A stretch of DNA of 64,000 bases. Origin: Desulfotomaculaceae bacterium. GTDB taxonomy: Bacteria; Bacillota; Desulfotomaculia; Desulfotomaculales; Pelotomaculaceae. How positions within the stretch are numbered: the first letter of the stretch is position 1; each line of letters starts with the position of its first letter. The position numbers were made by a program, and so were the translations under genes. Positions 38,507 to 49,085 of this stretch are shown here, piece after piece. Location: assembly GCA_028709235.1 (NCBI GenBank), contig JAQVXL010000002.1, positions 9,633 to 73,632 on the forward strand, given 5' to 3'. The notes beneath the pieces were generated by a model. That model saw nothing but the letters and a program-made list of their open reading frames with translations, had not been told where the DNA came from and searched no databases.

Positions 38507-39931
38507 GGTTCCTCGCTGAATCGTGTGGGTAAACAAATGTTCCTATAAATCATAATATAAAAACTGAATGGTAATTATGGCACTTGAAGGAAGAGCCTTT
38601 GTCGGGAACGAAATGTAAAGTAAGTTTCGATTCCTTGAACTTGAATAGGAGGCCTTCTTCATGAATTACCAAATGTTATTCACCACTGCCTTAGGTTTAA
38701 CACCTCCGTGGGAGGTACAGGACATAAAGTTTTCTGAATCTCAAAACCGGCTGGATATATGGGTAGGTTTTCCTGAAGGAAATACCTTTACCTGCCCTGC
38801 ATGTGGCCAGCCCGGCATGTCGGTGTATGATACCAAGGAAAAGACCTGGCGACACCTGAATTTCTTCCAATTCCGCACTTACCTGCATGCCCGTGTTCCC
38901 CGTATAAAATGCTCAGCTGGCTGCAAGGTTAAGCAGGTCATGCTGCCTTGGGCCAGGCCGGGCAGTGAATTCACCCTGCTCTTTGAATCATTAATTATGC
39001 TGCTGGCCCAGGATATGCCGGTTAATGCTATCGCTAAGTTAACCGGTGAACATGATACCAGGTTATGGCGAATACTCTACCATTACGCTGAAGAAGCCCG
39101 GGCACAGTTGGATTTCTCGGAAGTTAAGCAAGTAGGCGTAGATGAAACCGCCGCTAAAAGGGGTCATGATTACATCACCCTTTTCGTAGACTTGGATAAG
39201 TCCCGATTGCTCTATGCTACACCCGGCAAAGGGAAAGAAACTATTGATTCCTTTGTAACAGATTTACATAACCACCAGGGTACTGCCGGCCAAATTAAGA
39301 ATGTATGCTGTGATCTTTCACCCGCTTTTATTGCCGGAGTTAAATCGTCTTTGCCCCAGGCCCAAATGGTCTTTGACCGCTTCCACATCATGAAAATCAT
39401 AAATGCAGCAGTGGATGAAGTGCGCAGGTATGAAAGTCGTGAAAATGAAGCATTAAAAAAGACCCGTTATATATGGCTTAAAAACCAGCAAAATTTAACT
39501 GCTAAACAGCGTAACAAGCTTGAAAGCTTAAAATATGAGCATCTGGATACTGTGCGCGCATATAACCTAAAGCTTTCCTTCCAGGGCCTTTTTGAGCAGC
39601 CAAATCGGGGCTCCGGTGAGAAATTTTTAAAACGCTGGTATTACTGGGCTACCCATTCCAAGCTAGTCCCGATGGTTAACGCGGCTCATACCGTTAAAGA
39701 GCACTGGAATGGTGTTCTGAACTGGTTTAGTTCCCATATCTCCAACGGTATCTTGGAAGGGATCAACAGCCTCATCCAGGCCGCTAAAGCTAGAGCAAGG
39801 GGATATCGCAATGGCAAAACCCTTATAGCAATGTCTTACATAATTTCCAGCCATCTTGACTTTAATTTGCCCAGCCTATGCCCCTAATGGTTAATTTTAT
39901 AAGTATCACCCACACGATCTAGCGAAGAGCC
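38507..39931 (+). mobile_element. Intact ISL3-family insertion sequence (1425 bp)
   Basis: IRL GGTTCCTCGCTGAATCGTGTGGGT and IRR (reverse complement) GGCTCTTCGCTAGATCGTGTGGGT; 8-bp TSD TTTTTTTA at 38499-38506 and 39932-39939. Confidence 0.95.
38661..39887 (+). CDS. ISL3-family transposase
   Basis: CPACG zinc finger, WRHLNFF, VGVDET, CDLSPAF, FDRFHIM and SNGILEGINS. Confidence 0.95.
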   Translation: MNYQMLFTTALGLTPPWEVQDIKFSESQNRLDIWVGFPEGNTFTCPACGQPGMSVYDTKEKTWRHLNFFQFRTYLHARVPRIKCSAGCKVKQVMLPWARPGSEFTLLFESLIMLLAQDMPVNAIAKLTGEHDTRLWRILYHYAEEARAQLDFSEVKQVGVDETAAKRGHDYITLFVDLDKSRLLYATPGKGKETIDSFVTDLHNHQGTAGQIKNVCCDLSPAFIAGVKSSLPQAQMVFDRFHIMKIINAAVDEVRRYESRENEALKKTRYIWLKNQQNLTAKQRNKLESLKYEHLDTVRAYNLKLSFQGLFEQPNRGSGEKFLKRWYYWATHSKLVPMVNAAHTVKEHWNGVLNWFSSHISNGILEGINSLIQAAKARARGYRNGKTLIAMSYIISSHLDFNLPSLCP

Positions 39932-40467
39932 TTTTTTTATTTATTTTCCGAAAGATTTTAAGAAAATTTATATCAAAACGTTCTATTATATTAAAAATAA
40001 TTTTAAATTTTCAGCAAGTTTATATCCTTTACTGGAAAAATAGTAATTTTTGAATTAATTACCCTCTTTTGCGGGCAAAACTAAGGTATTTATAATAATA
40101 AGTAGATTTTTTTAGTGACAGCACTCAAACGGTGCAAAAAAGAGACCCGTCATGTCCAAGTATTGCTTGACATGGCTGGTCTTTTCTTATTGATGACCCT
40201 TTCTGCTGCTATATACGCGAAAATTGATTATTTGACCTACTGTGTAGTAATAACCAGAATCGCTGCTCAAAAGGATTAGCGAAGTTCAGTCAAAACAGAC
40301 AGTATAGTGATTATTATTGAATCCTATTTGCACATAGAAAAAGGCGAGCTGACATGATAAATTTTTACACTAGGCAGTTTAGTGTATATTAGGAAATTAT
40401 TATTAGTATGGATGTCATCTGTAAGAAAGGAGCGTAACGGATGTTAGTACTAAACTAATTAACTATA

Positions 40468-41682
40468 TTGAAAGGAATGATCAGAATATTGTCAGAATCG
40501 GCTGTGGAAACTAAACACCTTTGGGCAAGGAATTTTTTTATACTGATAATTGCTAACTTTGCATTATTTATTGCTTTTTATATGTTGTTTCCTACATTGC
40601 CCGTCTACATTAAAGAAATAACCGGAAAGGATGCTCTGACCGGCCTGGCAATGGGGGCTTTACTCCTGGCCGCCGTGTTGTTCCGTCCCTTCGCAGGAGC
40701 CCTGATCGACACCGGTAAGCGTAAGGCTGTTTTTTTATTTGGTACGGCTGTCTTTTTCCTTTGTACCCTTTGCTTTAATCTAGCGCCTGCTCTATTAATC
40801 CTTTTATTAGCTCGTTTTATGCAAGGTTTTGGCTGGGCCTATTGCAATACGGCTGCCGGTACTATAGCCAGCGATATTATTCCCAAACCCCGCTTAGCTG
40901 AAGGGATGGGTTACTATGGTTTATCTTTAAGCTTAGGCATGGCGATTGGTCCCGCTTTAGGTCTTTTTCTGATTCAGGGTTACAGCTTTCAGCTTATGTT
41001 TAATATTTGCGCCGGATTTGTATTATTATCTTTTTTATTAGCACAATTTATAAATTACCCAAATGTAAAAATAACTACAACAAAAAAACCGCTCTCAATA
41101 AAAACATTTTTTGAAAAGAAAGCCCTCCATCCTTCTCTGGTAATATTTTTTACATCCATTGGCTATGCGGCTGTAGTATCTTTCCTGGCCTTGTTCGGTC
41201 AAGAGCGCCAGGTAAGTGATATCGGTCTTTTCTTCGTGGTGTACGCTATTAGTCTTACCGTTTTTCGTCCCTTTTTCGGTCGTTTGGCCGATACTAAAGG
41301 GTATGCTATTGTTATGGTTAACGGGTTAATTCTTTGTAGTTTAGCTATGATAATTATCTATTTTGCCCACACCTTGCCTGTTTTCATTTTAGCCGGCATA
41401 GTTTACGGAATGGGTTACGGCGCTGTTCAACCCACTACACAGGCTCTTTCCGTTCTATACGTACCGATGGAACGGCGCGGGGCTGCCACCGCTACTTTCT
41501 TTTTATTTTTAGATTTAGGTATGTGTTTGGGCGCAATTATGTGGGGTTTTGTTGCCCAATACATTGGTTATGGTTTAATGTATCTCATGGTAATAATCCC
41601 GACTTTGCTTGCCCTGCTTGTGTACCTTCTTTTCCCCCGCCTGGCTGAGATGCGGCAGGATGAGCTTAGTATAGCTAGTTGA
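40468..41682 (+). CDS. MFS transporter
   Basis: 12 TM; RPFAGALIDTGKRK and GRLADTKG motif A copies; true start may be TTG 40489. Confidence 0.9.
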   Translation: MKGMIRILSESAVETKHLWARNFFILIIANFALFIAFYMLFPTLPVYIKEITGKDALTGLAMGALLLAAVLFRPFAGALIDTGKRKAVFLFGTAVFFLCTLCFNLAPALLILLLARFMQGFGWAYCNTAAGTIASDIIPKPRLAEGMGYYGLSLSLGMAIGPALGLFLIQGYSFQLMFNICAGFVLLSFLLAQFINYPNVKITTTKKPLSIKTFFEKKALHPSLVIFFTSIGYAAVVSFLALFGQERQVSDIGLFFVVYAISLTVFRPFFGRLADTKGYAIVMVNGLILCSLAMIIIYFAHTLPVFILAGIVYGMGYGAVQPTTQALSVLYVPMERRGAATATFFLFLDLGMCLGAIMWGFVAQYIGYGLMYLMVIIPTLLALLVYLLFPRLAEMRQDELSIAS

Positions 41683-41842
41683 CAGAAATCACCGATGTTC
41701 AAAAGGGTCATTATATATGTCAACTTCCGGTCAGGCAATTCCGTCAGCTTTTGGACTTTTAAACCTGGTAGTTACAGTTTATTTCATGGCCGCAAAAATG
41801 GTAGAATAATCGTTGTAGAAGTTTTTAATACGGGAGGAAAAT

Positions 41843-42853
41843 ATGGAGTACAGGACACTGGGGAAAACAGGGCTCAGGGTCTCCGCGACCGGGTTCGGCG
41901 GCATACCCATCCAGCGGGTCTCGGCTGTTGAGGCCGCTACCATTGTTAACAGGGCTTTGGACCTGGGCATCAACTTTTTTGACACTGCCCGGGGTTACAC
42001 CGACAGCGAAGAAAAGCTGGGCGCTGTTCTAAAATTAAGAAGAGAAGAGGCCGTCGTCGTCACCAAATCAATGGCTAGAACTAAGGAAACGATGGCCGCG
42101 GACATCAGGAAAAGCCTGGATACGATGGGCCTGGACTATATCGACCTGTACCAACTGCACAATGTCAAGAACAGAAAAGAGCTGGACAGGATTCTAGGCC
42201 CGGACGGCGCCCTGGCCGCCCTATTGGAGGCAAAAAAGGCAGGCCTGATCCGGCACATCGGCATCACGGGACACCTCAAGGATTTTTTGGCGGAAACGCT
42301 GCAGTTGGAGGCAATTGAAACTGTACAATTCCCGTTCAACGCGGTGGAAACCGTAGGTGTGCCGCCACTGCTGGAACGGGCCGCAGAGAAAGGAACAGGC
42401 GTCATTGTGATGAAGCCCCTGGCCGGGGGCGCATTGACAAACAGCAGTCTCGCCCTGCGCTATATTTTGGCGCATACCGTGACGACAGTAATACCCGGCA
42501 TGGACTCCCTGGAACAGGTGGAGGCAAACGCCGCGATTGGCAGCGCCCCGCTGCCCCTGACTGCAGATGAGAAAAAAACGCTGGATGAGGAAGTAAATAC
42601 CCTGGGCGGGGCATTCTGCAGGCGCTGTGAATACTGTAAGCCCTGCAGCCAGCGGATCGACATCCCCACGATATTTTTGCTGGACGGCTATTACACCAGG
42701 TACAACCTGCAGGATTGGGCCAGGGAACGCTATCAGGGCTTAAAATCAAAAGTGGACGCCTGCGCCGACTGCGGCGAATGTGAAGAAAGATGCCCTTATG
42801 ACCTGCCTATCCGCCGGATGCTGACCGAAGCAGCGGCCCGGCTGACAACTTAG
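41843..42853 (+). CDS. Aldo/keto reductase with C-terminal 4Fe-4S domain
   Basis: GFGGIPI, FFDTARGY, YIDLYQLH and MKPLAGG; CRRCEYCKPC and CADCGECEERCP. Confidence 0.9.
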   Translation: MEYRTLGKTGLRVSATGFGGIPIQRVSAVEAATIVNRALDLGINFFDTARGYTDSEEKLGAVLKLRREEAVVVTKSMARTKETMAADIRKSLDTMGLDYIDLYQLHNVKNRKELDRILGPDGALAALLEAKKAGLIRHIGITGHLKDFLAETLQLEAIETVQFPFNAVETVGVPPLLERAAEKGTGVIVMKPLAGGALTNSSLALRYILAHTVTTVIPGMDSLEQVEANAAIGSAPLPLTADEKKTLDEEVNTLGGAFCRRCEYCKPCSQRIDIPTIFLLDGYYTRYNLQDWARERYQGLKSKVDACADCGECEERCPYDLPIRRMLTEAAARLTT

Positions 42854-42946
42854 CTGGCGGTACCGGGTAACTAAACTGAAAATTGTAGGTGCTAATTTAT
42901 CCGCACAGCTGTTACGAGATTCTAACAAGTTAGGCGCTACCGCGCC

Positions 42947-42975
42947 ATGTTCGATTGAAATCGAACCTACACTAC
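42947..42975 (-). repeat. GTAG-type REP-like palindrome (same family as 1288-1316)
   Basis: Minus strand GTAGTGTAG-GTTCGATT-TC-AATCGAAC-AT. Confidence 0.65.
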
Positions 42976-43113
42976 TGGTTTTCATCCTGCTGATGGCCGC
43001 TTTAGCGGTATGGATGTCTAAGATATTGTTCTTATACTAACAGCGAGGAAATACCAACCATAATGCAGAGATGAGTTAATATGCGCCTCTTTTGGCTTTC
43101 TTGAGCAACCGGG

Positions 43114-44343
43114 CTACATCCCTTTACTGATCCGTTCGATGGCCTTCTCCGTGTTTTCCCTGGAAGCAAAGGCGGTCAACCGGAAATATCCCTCGCCGTG
43201 AGCGCCGAAACCGGCGCCGGGAGTTCCCACCACATTAACTTCCCGCATCAGCTTGTCAAAGAAATCCCAGGACTTCATCTCGCCGGGGGTCTTGAGCCAG
43301 ATGTAGGGGGCGTTTACCCCGCCGAATACTTTGTAGCCGGCTTCCTCCAGCCCCTTCCTGATAATCCGGGCGTTTTCCATGTAGTAGCCGATCGTAGCGC
43401 GCACCTGTTTTTTGCCCTCGTCTGTAAAGACCGCGGCTGCGCCCGCCTGCACTGGGTAGGAAACCCCGTTAAACTTGGTAGTCTGCCTCCTCAGCCACAG
43501 CAGGTTGAGGCTGTGCGCCCGGCCGCTGCCATCATACAACTTTACCTCTTTGGGAACTATAGTGTAAGCGCACCTGGTGCCGGTAAAGCCGGCTGTCTTG
43601 GAAAAACTCCTGAACTCCACCGCCACCTCGCGGGCGCCTTCAACCTCAAAAATGCTGTGGGGCGCCTCATCCTCCTGGATGAAAGCCTCGTAGGCGGCGT
43701 CGAACAAGATCACCGACTTGTTTTCCCTGGCGTAATCCACCCATTTCTTAAGCTCTTCCCTGGATATGGTCATCCCGGTCGGGTTATTGGGAAAGCAGAG
43801 GTAGATCATATCCACCCTGGTAGCAGGCAGAGGCGGCTTCATGCCGTTTTCCTCGGTACAGGGCAGGTACACTATTTTCTCAAACTGTCCTTTATCGTTA
43901 ACCATGCCGGTACGACCAGCCATAACATTGCTGTCCACATAGACCGGATAAACCGGGTCGCTTACCGCCAGGATATTGTTGACGCCGAAAACCTCCTGGA
44001 AGTTGGCGGTATCGCTTTTGGCGCCGTCGCTTATAAATACCTCGTCAACAGCCAGCTCGACTCCCCTGGGCTTGAAATCGTTTTCGATAATTTTCTCGAT
44101 CAGGAACTCATACCCCTGCTCCGGGCCGTAACCCCTGAAGGTTTCCTGCCTGCCCATCTCCTCCACGGCCTTTTTCATTGCTTCTATTACAGCAGGCGGC
44201 AAAGGCCGGGTGACATCACCAATGCCCAGCCTGACAATATCCGCTGCAGGGTTTTCCTTTTTGAACTGGTCCACCCTCCGGGCTATTTCCGAAAAAAGGT
44301 AACTTCCGGGCAGCTTAAGGTAATTCTCGTTAACTCGGGCCAT
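43114..44343 (-). CDS. dapL: LL-diaminopimelate aminotransferase
   Basis: [54 protein letters not shown] and GTPGAGFG. Confidence 0.95.
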   Translation of the reverse strand: MARVNENYLKLPGSYLFSEIARRVDQFKKENPAADIVRLGIGDVTRPLPPAVIEAMKKAVEEMGRQETFRGYGPEQGYEFLIEKIIENDFKPRGVELAVDEVFISDGAKSDTANFQEVFGVNNILAVSDPVYPVYVDSNVMAGRTGMVNDKGQFEKIVYLPCTEENGMKPPLPATRVDMIYLCFPNNPTGMTISREELKKWVDYARENKSVILFDAAYEAFIQEDEAPHSIFEVEGAREVAVEFRSFSKTAGFTGTRCAYTIVPKEVKLYDGSGRAHSLNLLWLRRQTTKFNGVSYPVQAGAAAVFTDEGKKQVRATIGYYMENARIIRKGLEEAGYKVFGGVNAPYIWLKTPGEMKSWDFFDKLMREVNVVGTPGAGFGAHGEGYFRLTAFASRENTEKAIERISKGM

Positions 44344-44531
44344 ATTACTTTTCCACTCCTTGTCTTATGTAACTTTTACTAGCAGGTATTATATAACTAA
44401 ACACAACAATTACAAATTCCTATAAAATTAATATTTCATTACCAAGTACCGTATAAAAATTAGCGAAATAGAAGGAATAAGGATATAGCTGGCAAATATC
44501 TTAACATATAACGCTAAAAATCAGAAAAAAA

Positions 44532-46985
44532 ATGAGAAAAAACATGAAAGCAAAGTATTTGATGCTAGCCCTTATTATACTTTTAATTTTTACCACCACC
44601 GCCCAGGCCACTGCGGCTCCGTCTGCCTTTCAGGATATTGAAGGTTCTTTTGCCAGAGAGGCAATTCTTCAACTGACAGGACTGGGAATCACCAGTGGAC
44701 TGGGACCCAATGAATTTGGTACCGAACAAGGTATCAGCCGCGGCCATTTTGTTGTTCTTTTAGCCAGAGTGCTGGGGGTTCAGCCTTATTCTCCCGCCAC
44801 AGCCACCTTTTTAGATCTGCCCCTTACCGCGCCGGAATCAGGATATGTGGAGGCTATGTGTAAACTTGACCTGGTAACGGGTAACGGAAACAAGATAATG
44901 AGACCCAATGATCCGCTCAAACGGCAGGATGCCGCTGTTTTGCTGGCCCGGGTGCTGCCGGAGGAAAAAATTGAGACGCCTTCGCTTAACGGCAGGTACC
45001 TGGATGAAAACCAGATTTCACTATATGCTGTGCCAAGCGTGGCTTATATAACCTGGAAATCCTTGATGTGCGGCAGTGACAACCTCTTTCGCCCGCAGGA
45101 GGAATTAACCAGGGCGGAAGCCGCCGTACTAGCCGGCCGTTTATTAAAGATTAGAAAAGGACAAGCCCTGACCGCTTTCCCGGTTGTCTCCGCCCGGCAG
45201 ATGCAAATAAAAACTGAGGAAACTAAAAATATTGCATCGGACAATTCTCAGAAGTTCCTGCCTTTTACAACTGTGTATGGGCTGGATGATCTTACTGCCG
45301 GCAGCATCTCCCCGGACGGCTCTTTTTCGGCCGGGCTTAAACCGGCTAAAGCCACCATCACGGTTAACGCAGGATACAACTCCTACCAGATCCATACCAG
45401 TGTTGCTACAACCGGCAAGTCAAAAAAAACAACGGATAAAAACACTGTAATTGCCGCTACCTATTTACCCGAAGAGGAACTTACTAAAGAGGCAACCTAC
45501 AAAGTGGAAGCACACGCGCCCGACCGGGGTTTCCAGGAGACAGAAGATAAAGGTTATCCCGGCCCCGAAGAAGGCCTTATTTCCCGGGACAAAACATGGA
45601 CAGGCTTTTACCGCCAGCAGGGACGGGATATTCTTGTGGATTTAAAGAAGGTCGCCCCTGTTACAAAAATCTCTCTGGAATTTATGCAGGAAGCCGACTC
45701 CGGTATTTACCTTCCCCTGTTTATGAACTGCTCTTTGTCGGCAGACGGCAGGGATTGGTATCATCTGGGACAGGTCGGTCATAGCATTTCACCAGCCGAT
45801 CCGGCGGTGCAAATTAAGGACTTCACTCTGACCTTCCCGCCTGTCACCGCCCGCTACGTTAAGCTCAGTTTTCCGGTGGACGTCTTTGTGTTCGCCAGAA
45901 GCCTGTCCATTAAAGGAACAGCAGACCTGCCGCAAAGACCGGAAATCCTGGCGCACGCGGAACACTCCAAGCGGAGCGCCGATACCTACTTGCAGATCCC
46001 GGACATCAAAAACATTTTACTGGCCTATACAGGCAGCCACGGTGAACCGGGCACATGGACCTACCAGGATTTTTTGCCCATGCTGGTTTACGTGGACAAA
46101 AATTACAGCATAGAAGGAAAGATGTTTGATACCATGCTTTTTCTTCACTATCCCGATTTGGCCTGTACCAAAGAAGAATGGAACGCTTACGCCGAGGACC
46201 TTTTTGCCCCTGGAACGCAGCTGTCGGCCCTGGAGGATACTATGGCCCGCTTGAATAAAATACCTGATTACCAGGGAAAAGTAAACGTCATTCTTACCAT
46301 TCCCTATCCCGACGGGCAGCAGGTAAACTTCGGCATTTTAGAAAGCGGCGGCAGCCCACTTTGTTTCAGTGAAAAGAAATTCGGCAAAGACAAGGCGGCC
46401 GGGGACCGCCTGCTGGCTGTACAGTGGTTTTATAACAACCTGAAGAGCAAGTGGGAGCAGGCGGGGTTTAAATACCTCAACCTGGCCGGCATATACTGGT
46501 ACAATGAGAATATGGACCCAACCGCACCCGGCGATATAGAACTGGTGCAAAACACGGCCCGGCTGGTGCGCAGCGACAACCTGAAATTTTTCTGGATTCC
46601 GTTCTTTGGCGCGCGGGGCTATGACGTTTGGAGAACATACGGTTTTAGCCACGCTTTTCTGCAGCCCAATTATTACGCCGGCAACGTTCCCCCGGACGAG
46701 CGCATGGAAAATGCCGCGCAACTGGCCAAACGTTATAATCTTGGCCTCGAGATCGAATGCGATGACGGCATACTCTACGATAACTCTGAATATTACAACC
46801 TGTTTTATAAGCAGCTCGCTATAGCAAAACAACTAAACCTCGACCAAGAAGTGTCCTTTGCCTACTACGCGGGCTCAAAAACCCTGGTCAGAGCCTGGCG
46901 CAGCGAAAACCAAAAAATACGGTCCATCTACGACGATATATACAAATGGCTCAATGGAACATACAGTGCGCCGGCTATTCAATGA
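44532..46985 (+). CDS. Secreted S-layer-homology protein with discoidin-like and DUF4855-like domains
   Basis: Signal peptide; three SLH-like repeats (ISRGHFV, LKRQDAA, LTRAEAA); F5/8-like DLKKVAPVTKI...PVTARYVKL; C-terminal MFDTMLF...LAGIYWYNE...FFWIPF...AFLQPNY...GLEIE. Confidence 0.75.
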   Translation: MRKNMKAKYLMLALIILLIFTTTAQATAAPSAFQDIEGSFAREAILQLTGLGITSGLGPNEFGTEQGISRGHFVVLLARVLGVQPYSPATATFLDLPLTAPESGYVEAMCKLDLVTGNGNKIMRPNDPLKRQDAAVLLARVLPEEKIETPSLNGRYLDENQISLYAVPSVAYITWKSLMCGSDNLFRPQEELTRAEAAVLAGRLLKIRKGQALTAFPVVSARQMQIKTEETKNIASDNSQKFLPFTTVYGLDDLTAGSISPDGSFSAGLKPAKATITVNAGYNSYQIHTSVATTGKSKKTTDKNTVIAATYLPEEELTKEATYKVEAHAPDRGFQETEDKGYPGPEEGLISRDKTWTGFYRQQGRDILVDLKKVAPVTKISLEFMQEADSGIYLPLFMNCSLSADGRDWYHLGQVGHSISPADPAVQIKDFTLTFPPVTARYVKLSFPVDVFVFARSLSIKGTADLPQRPEILAHAEHSKRSADTYLQIPDIKNILLAYTGSHGEPGTWTYQDFLPMLVYVDKNYSIEGKMFDTMLFLHYPDLACTKEEWNAYAEDLFAPGTQLSALEDTMARLNKIPDYQGKVNVILTIPYPDGQQVNFGILESGGSPLCFSEKKFGKDKAAGDRLLAVQWFYNNLKSKWEQAGFKYLNLAGIYWYNENMDPTAPGDIELVQNTARLVRSDNLKFFWIPFFGARGYDVWRTYGFSHAFLQPNYYAGNVPPDERMENAAQLAKRYNLGLEIECDDGILYDNSEYYNLFYKQLAIAKQLNLDQEVSFAYYAGSKTLVRAWRSENQKIRSIYDDIYKWLNGTYSAPAIQ

Positions 46986-47158
46986 GCCGGCGCACATTTC
47001 TAGGTACTTAAGTTGGGACTCCACTTCCACTAAAAAGCGTTATAAGAACTGCCGTGACACCGGGGGGCAGCCAGCTTTCCTCAAAACAGGTGGGACACAT
47101 GTGAAGGGGGCCGATAATTGTTAATTACTCAACTAACAACGAGGGACTGTCCCCGATT

Positions 47159-49081
47159 TTAGGCGGTGGCGCCTGCAAACTGGCTGTTGTAGAGTTCGGC
47201 GTAAAAGCCGCCCTGGGCCAGCAGCCCGTCGTGGCTGCCCTGCTCGATGATGGCCCCGTCGTTCATCACCAGGATCAGGCCGGCATCGCGGATTGTGGAG
47301 AGCCTGTGGGCGATCACAAAACTGGTCCGGCCTTTCATCAGGTTCGTCATCGCCTGCTTGATCAATATCTCGGTCCTGGTGTCGATGCTGCTGGTGGCCT
47401 CGTCCAGGATCAGGACAGCCGGGTCAGCCAGGATGGCCCGGGCTATGGTCAGCAGCTGCTTCTGGCCCTGGGATATATTGGAGGCCTCCTCGTTCAGAAC
47501 GGTGTCATAGCCGTCCGGCAGCGTCTTGATGAAGTGGTCGGCGTTGGCCGCTTTAGACGCCCTGATGATCTCCTCCTCGGTGGCTCCTTCCCGGCCGTAA
47601 GCAATGTTTTCCCTGATGGCGCCGTTGAACAGCCAGGTATCCTGCAGCACCATACCGAACATGGTGCGCAGGTCACCCCGCTTCATGTCCCTGATATCCA
47701 CGCCGTCGACGGTAATACAGCCGCCCTGCACCTCGTAGAAGCGCATAATCAGGTTGACCAGGGTGGTCTTGCCCGCTCCGGTGGGCCCGACAATGGCGAT
47801 GGTGCTTCCTTCTTGCACGTCTATGCTCAGGTCTTTCATCAGAAGTTCATCCTCTTTGTAGCCAAATTTCACATGCTCGAATTTGATCCGGCCCCGGGGG
47901 AACCTGATTACCCGGGCATTTTCCCTGTCCGGGATCTCCTCCTCCTCGTCCAGGATTTCGAATACCCGCTCCGCGGAGGCTGCCGTGGACTGCAGCACAT
48001 TGGCTATGTTGGCCACCTGGATAATCGGGTGAGTGAACGACCTGGTGTACTGAATGAAAGCCTGGATATCACCAATTTCTATTTTCTTTTGCGCCACCAG
48101 CAGGCCGCCTACGACACAGGTAAAGACATATCCCACATTACTGATAAAGTTTAAGGCCGGGAAAATAATGCCGGACATAAACTGCGCTTTCCAGCCCGCT
48201 TGATACAGCCTGTCGTTGATCTCCCTGAACTTTTCAATAGAATCCTCCTCGCGGCCGAATACCTTGACGATTTTATGCCCGGCATACATCTCCTCCACAT
48301 GGCCGTTGATCTCCCCGACGTATTTCTGCTGTTCCGCGAAATACTTCTGGGAACGCCTGGTGATCCGCAGGGTAATCAGCAAGCTGGCGGGCAGCGTAAA
48401 CATAGCAATCAATGTCAACAGGGGGCTGATGCTCAGCATCATGATCAAAATGCCGATCACAGTCACAAAAGACGTGATCAGCTGGGTCAGGCTCTGCTGC
48501 AGCGTTGTGGCAATATTGTCCATGTCGTTGGTCACCCGGCTCAGGATCTCGCCGTAGCTGCGCTGGTCGAAGTATTTGAGCGGCAGGCGGTCAAGTTTAT
48601 CCTTGACATCGTTACGCATCCTGTAAACAGTGTTCTGGGACACGCTGGACATGATATAGCCCATGATAAAACTGAACAGGGAACTGATTAAATATAGCGC
48701 CGCCAGCAGCAGCAGGATCTTGCCCACATATTCAAAATCAAACCCCGGAATGGGCTGTCTTTGCAGTTCATCGATCACTGCAGCAGGCATATTTTCCTGG
48801 ATTGCGGTGTGCAGCTGGGTATAATAGCTATACCTGGCCAGCACCCCTTCAGCTAGTTTGGTCGTGGCCATGCCCATGATTTTAGGGCCGACAATCGAAA
48901 AAACGGTGCTGGCGATGGCCAGGAAAAACACCGCTATAAAGCTGTACTTCTCCGTCTTCAGGTAGTCTGTCAGCCTTTTTATGGTCCCCTTGAAGTTCCT
49001 CGCTTTTTCTACCGGCATCCTGCTGCCGTGCCGGCCACCCCGTCCCGGGCGGACGGGCTGTTGAGTTCTCTGTTCACTCAT
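47159..49081 (-). CDS. ABC exporter, fused permease/ATPase (second subunit)
   Basis: GPTGAGKT, ISQGQKQ and LILDEATSS; likely start MSEQRTQQ at 49081. Confidence 0.92.
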   Translation of the reverse strand: MSEQRTQQPVRPGRGGRHGSRMPVEKARNFKGTIKRLTDYLKTEKYSFIAVFFLAIASTVFSIVGPKIMGMATTKLAEGVLARYSYYTQLHTAIQENMPAAVIDELQRQPIPGFDFEYVGKILLLLAALYLISSLFSFIMGYIMSSVSQNTVYRMRNDVKDKLDRLPLKYFDQRSYGEILSRVTNDMDNIATTLQQSLTQLITSFVTVIGILIMMLSISPLLTLIAMFTLPASLLITLRITRRSQKYFAEQQKYVGEINGHVEEMYAGHKIVKVFGREEDSIEKFREINDRLYQAGWKAQFMSGIIFPALNFISNVGYVFTCVVGGLLVAQKKIEIGDIQAFIQYTRSFTHPIIQVANIANVLQSTAASAERVFEILDEEEEIPDRENARVIRFPRGRIKFEHVKFGYKEDELLMKDLSIDVQEGSTIAIVGPTGAGKTTLVNLIMRFYEVQGGCITVDGVDIRDMKRGDLRTMFGMVLQDTWLFNGAIRENIAYGREGATEEEIIRASKAANADHFIKTLPDGYDTVLNEEASNISQGQKQLLTIARAILADPAVLILDEATSSIDTRTEILIKQAMTNLMKGRTSFVIAHRLSTIRDAGLILVMNDGAIIEQGSHDGLLAQGGFYAELYNSQFAGATA

Positions 49082-49085
49082 ACGC

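Noticed and set aside
40070-40100. GGCAAAAC resembling a c-di-GMP-I riboswitch P1/P2 start
   Set aside because: The GNRA-capped P2 and downstream GCAAAG elements are absent.
42947-42975. GGTTCGATT resembling a tRNA T-loop
   Set aside because: No cloverleaf, acceptor stem or anticodon arm; it is a perfect palindrome of the REP-like family.
43198-44382. 394-aa + strand ORF
   Set aside because: Antisense shadow of dapL; no RBS and no recognisable motifs.
47231-48154. 307-aa + strand ORF (and 48200..48691)
   Set aside because: Antisense shadow of the GC-rich ABC exporter gene.
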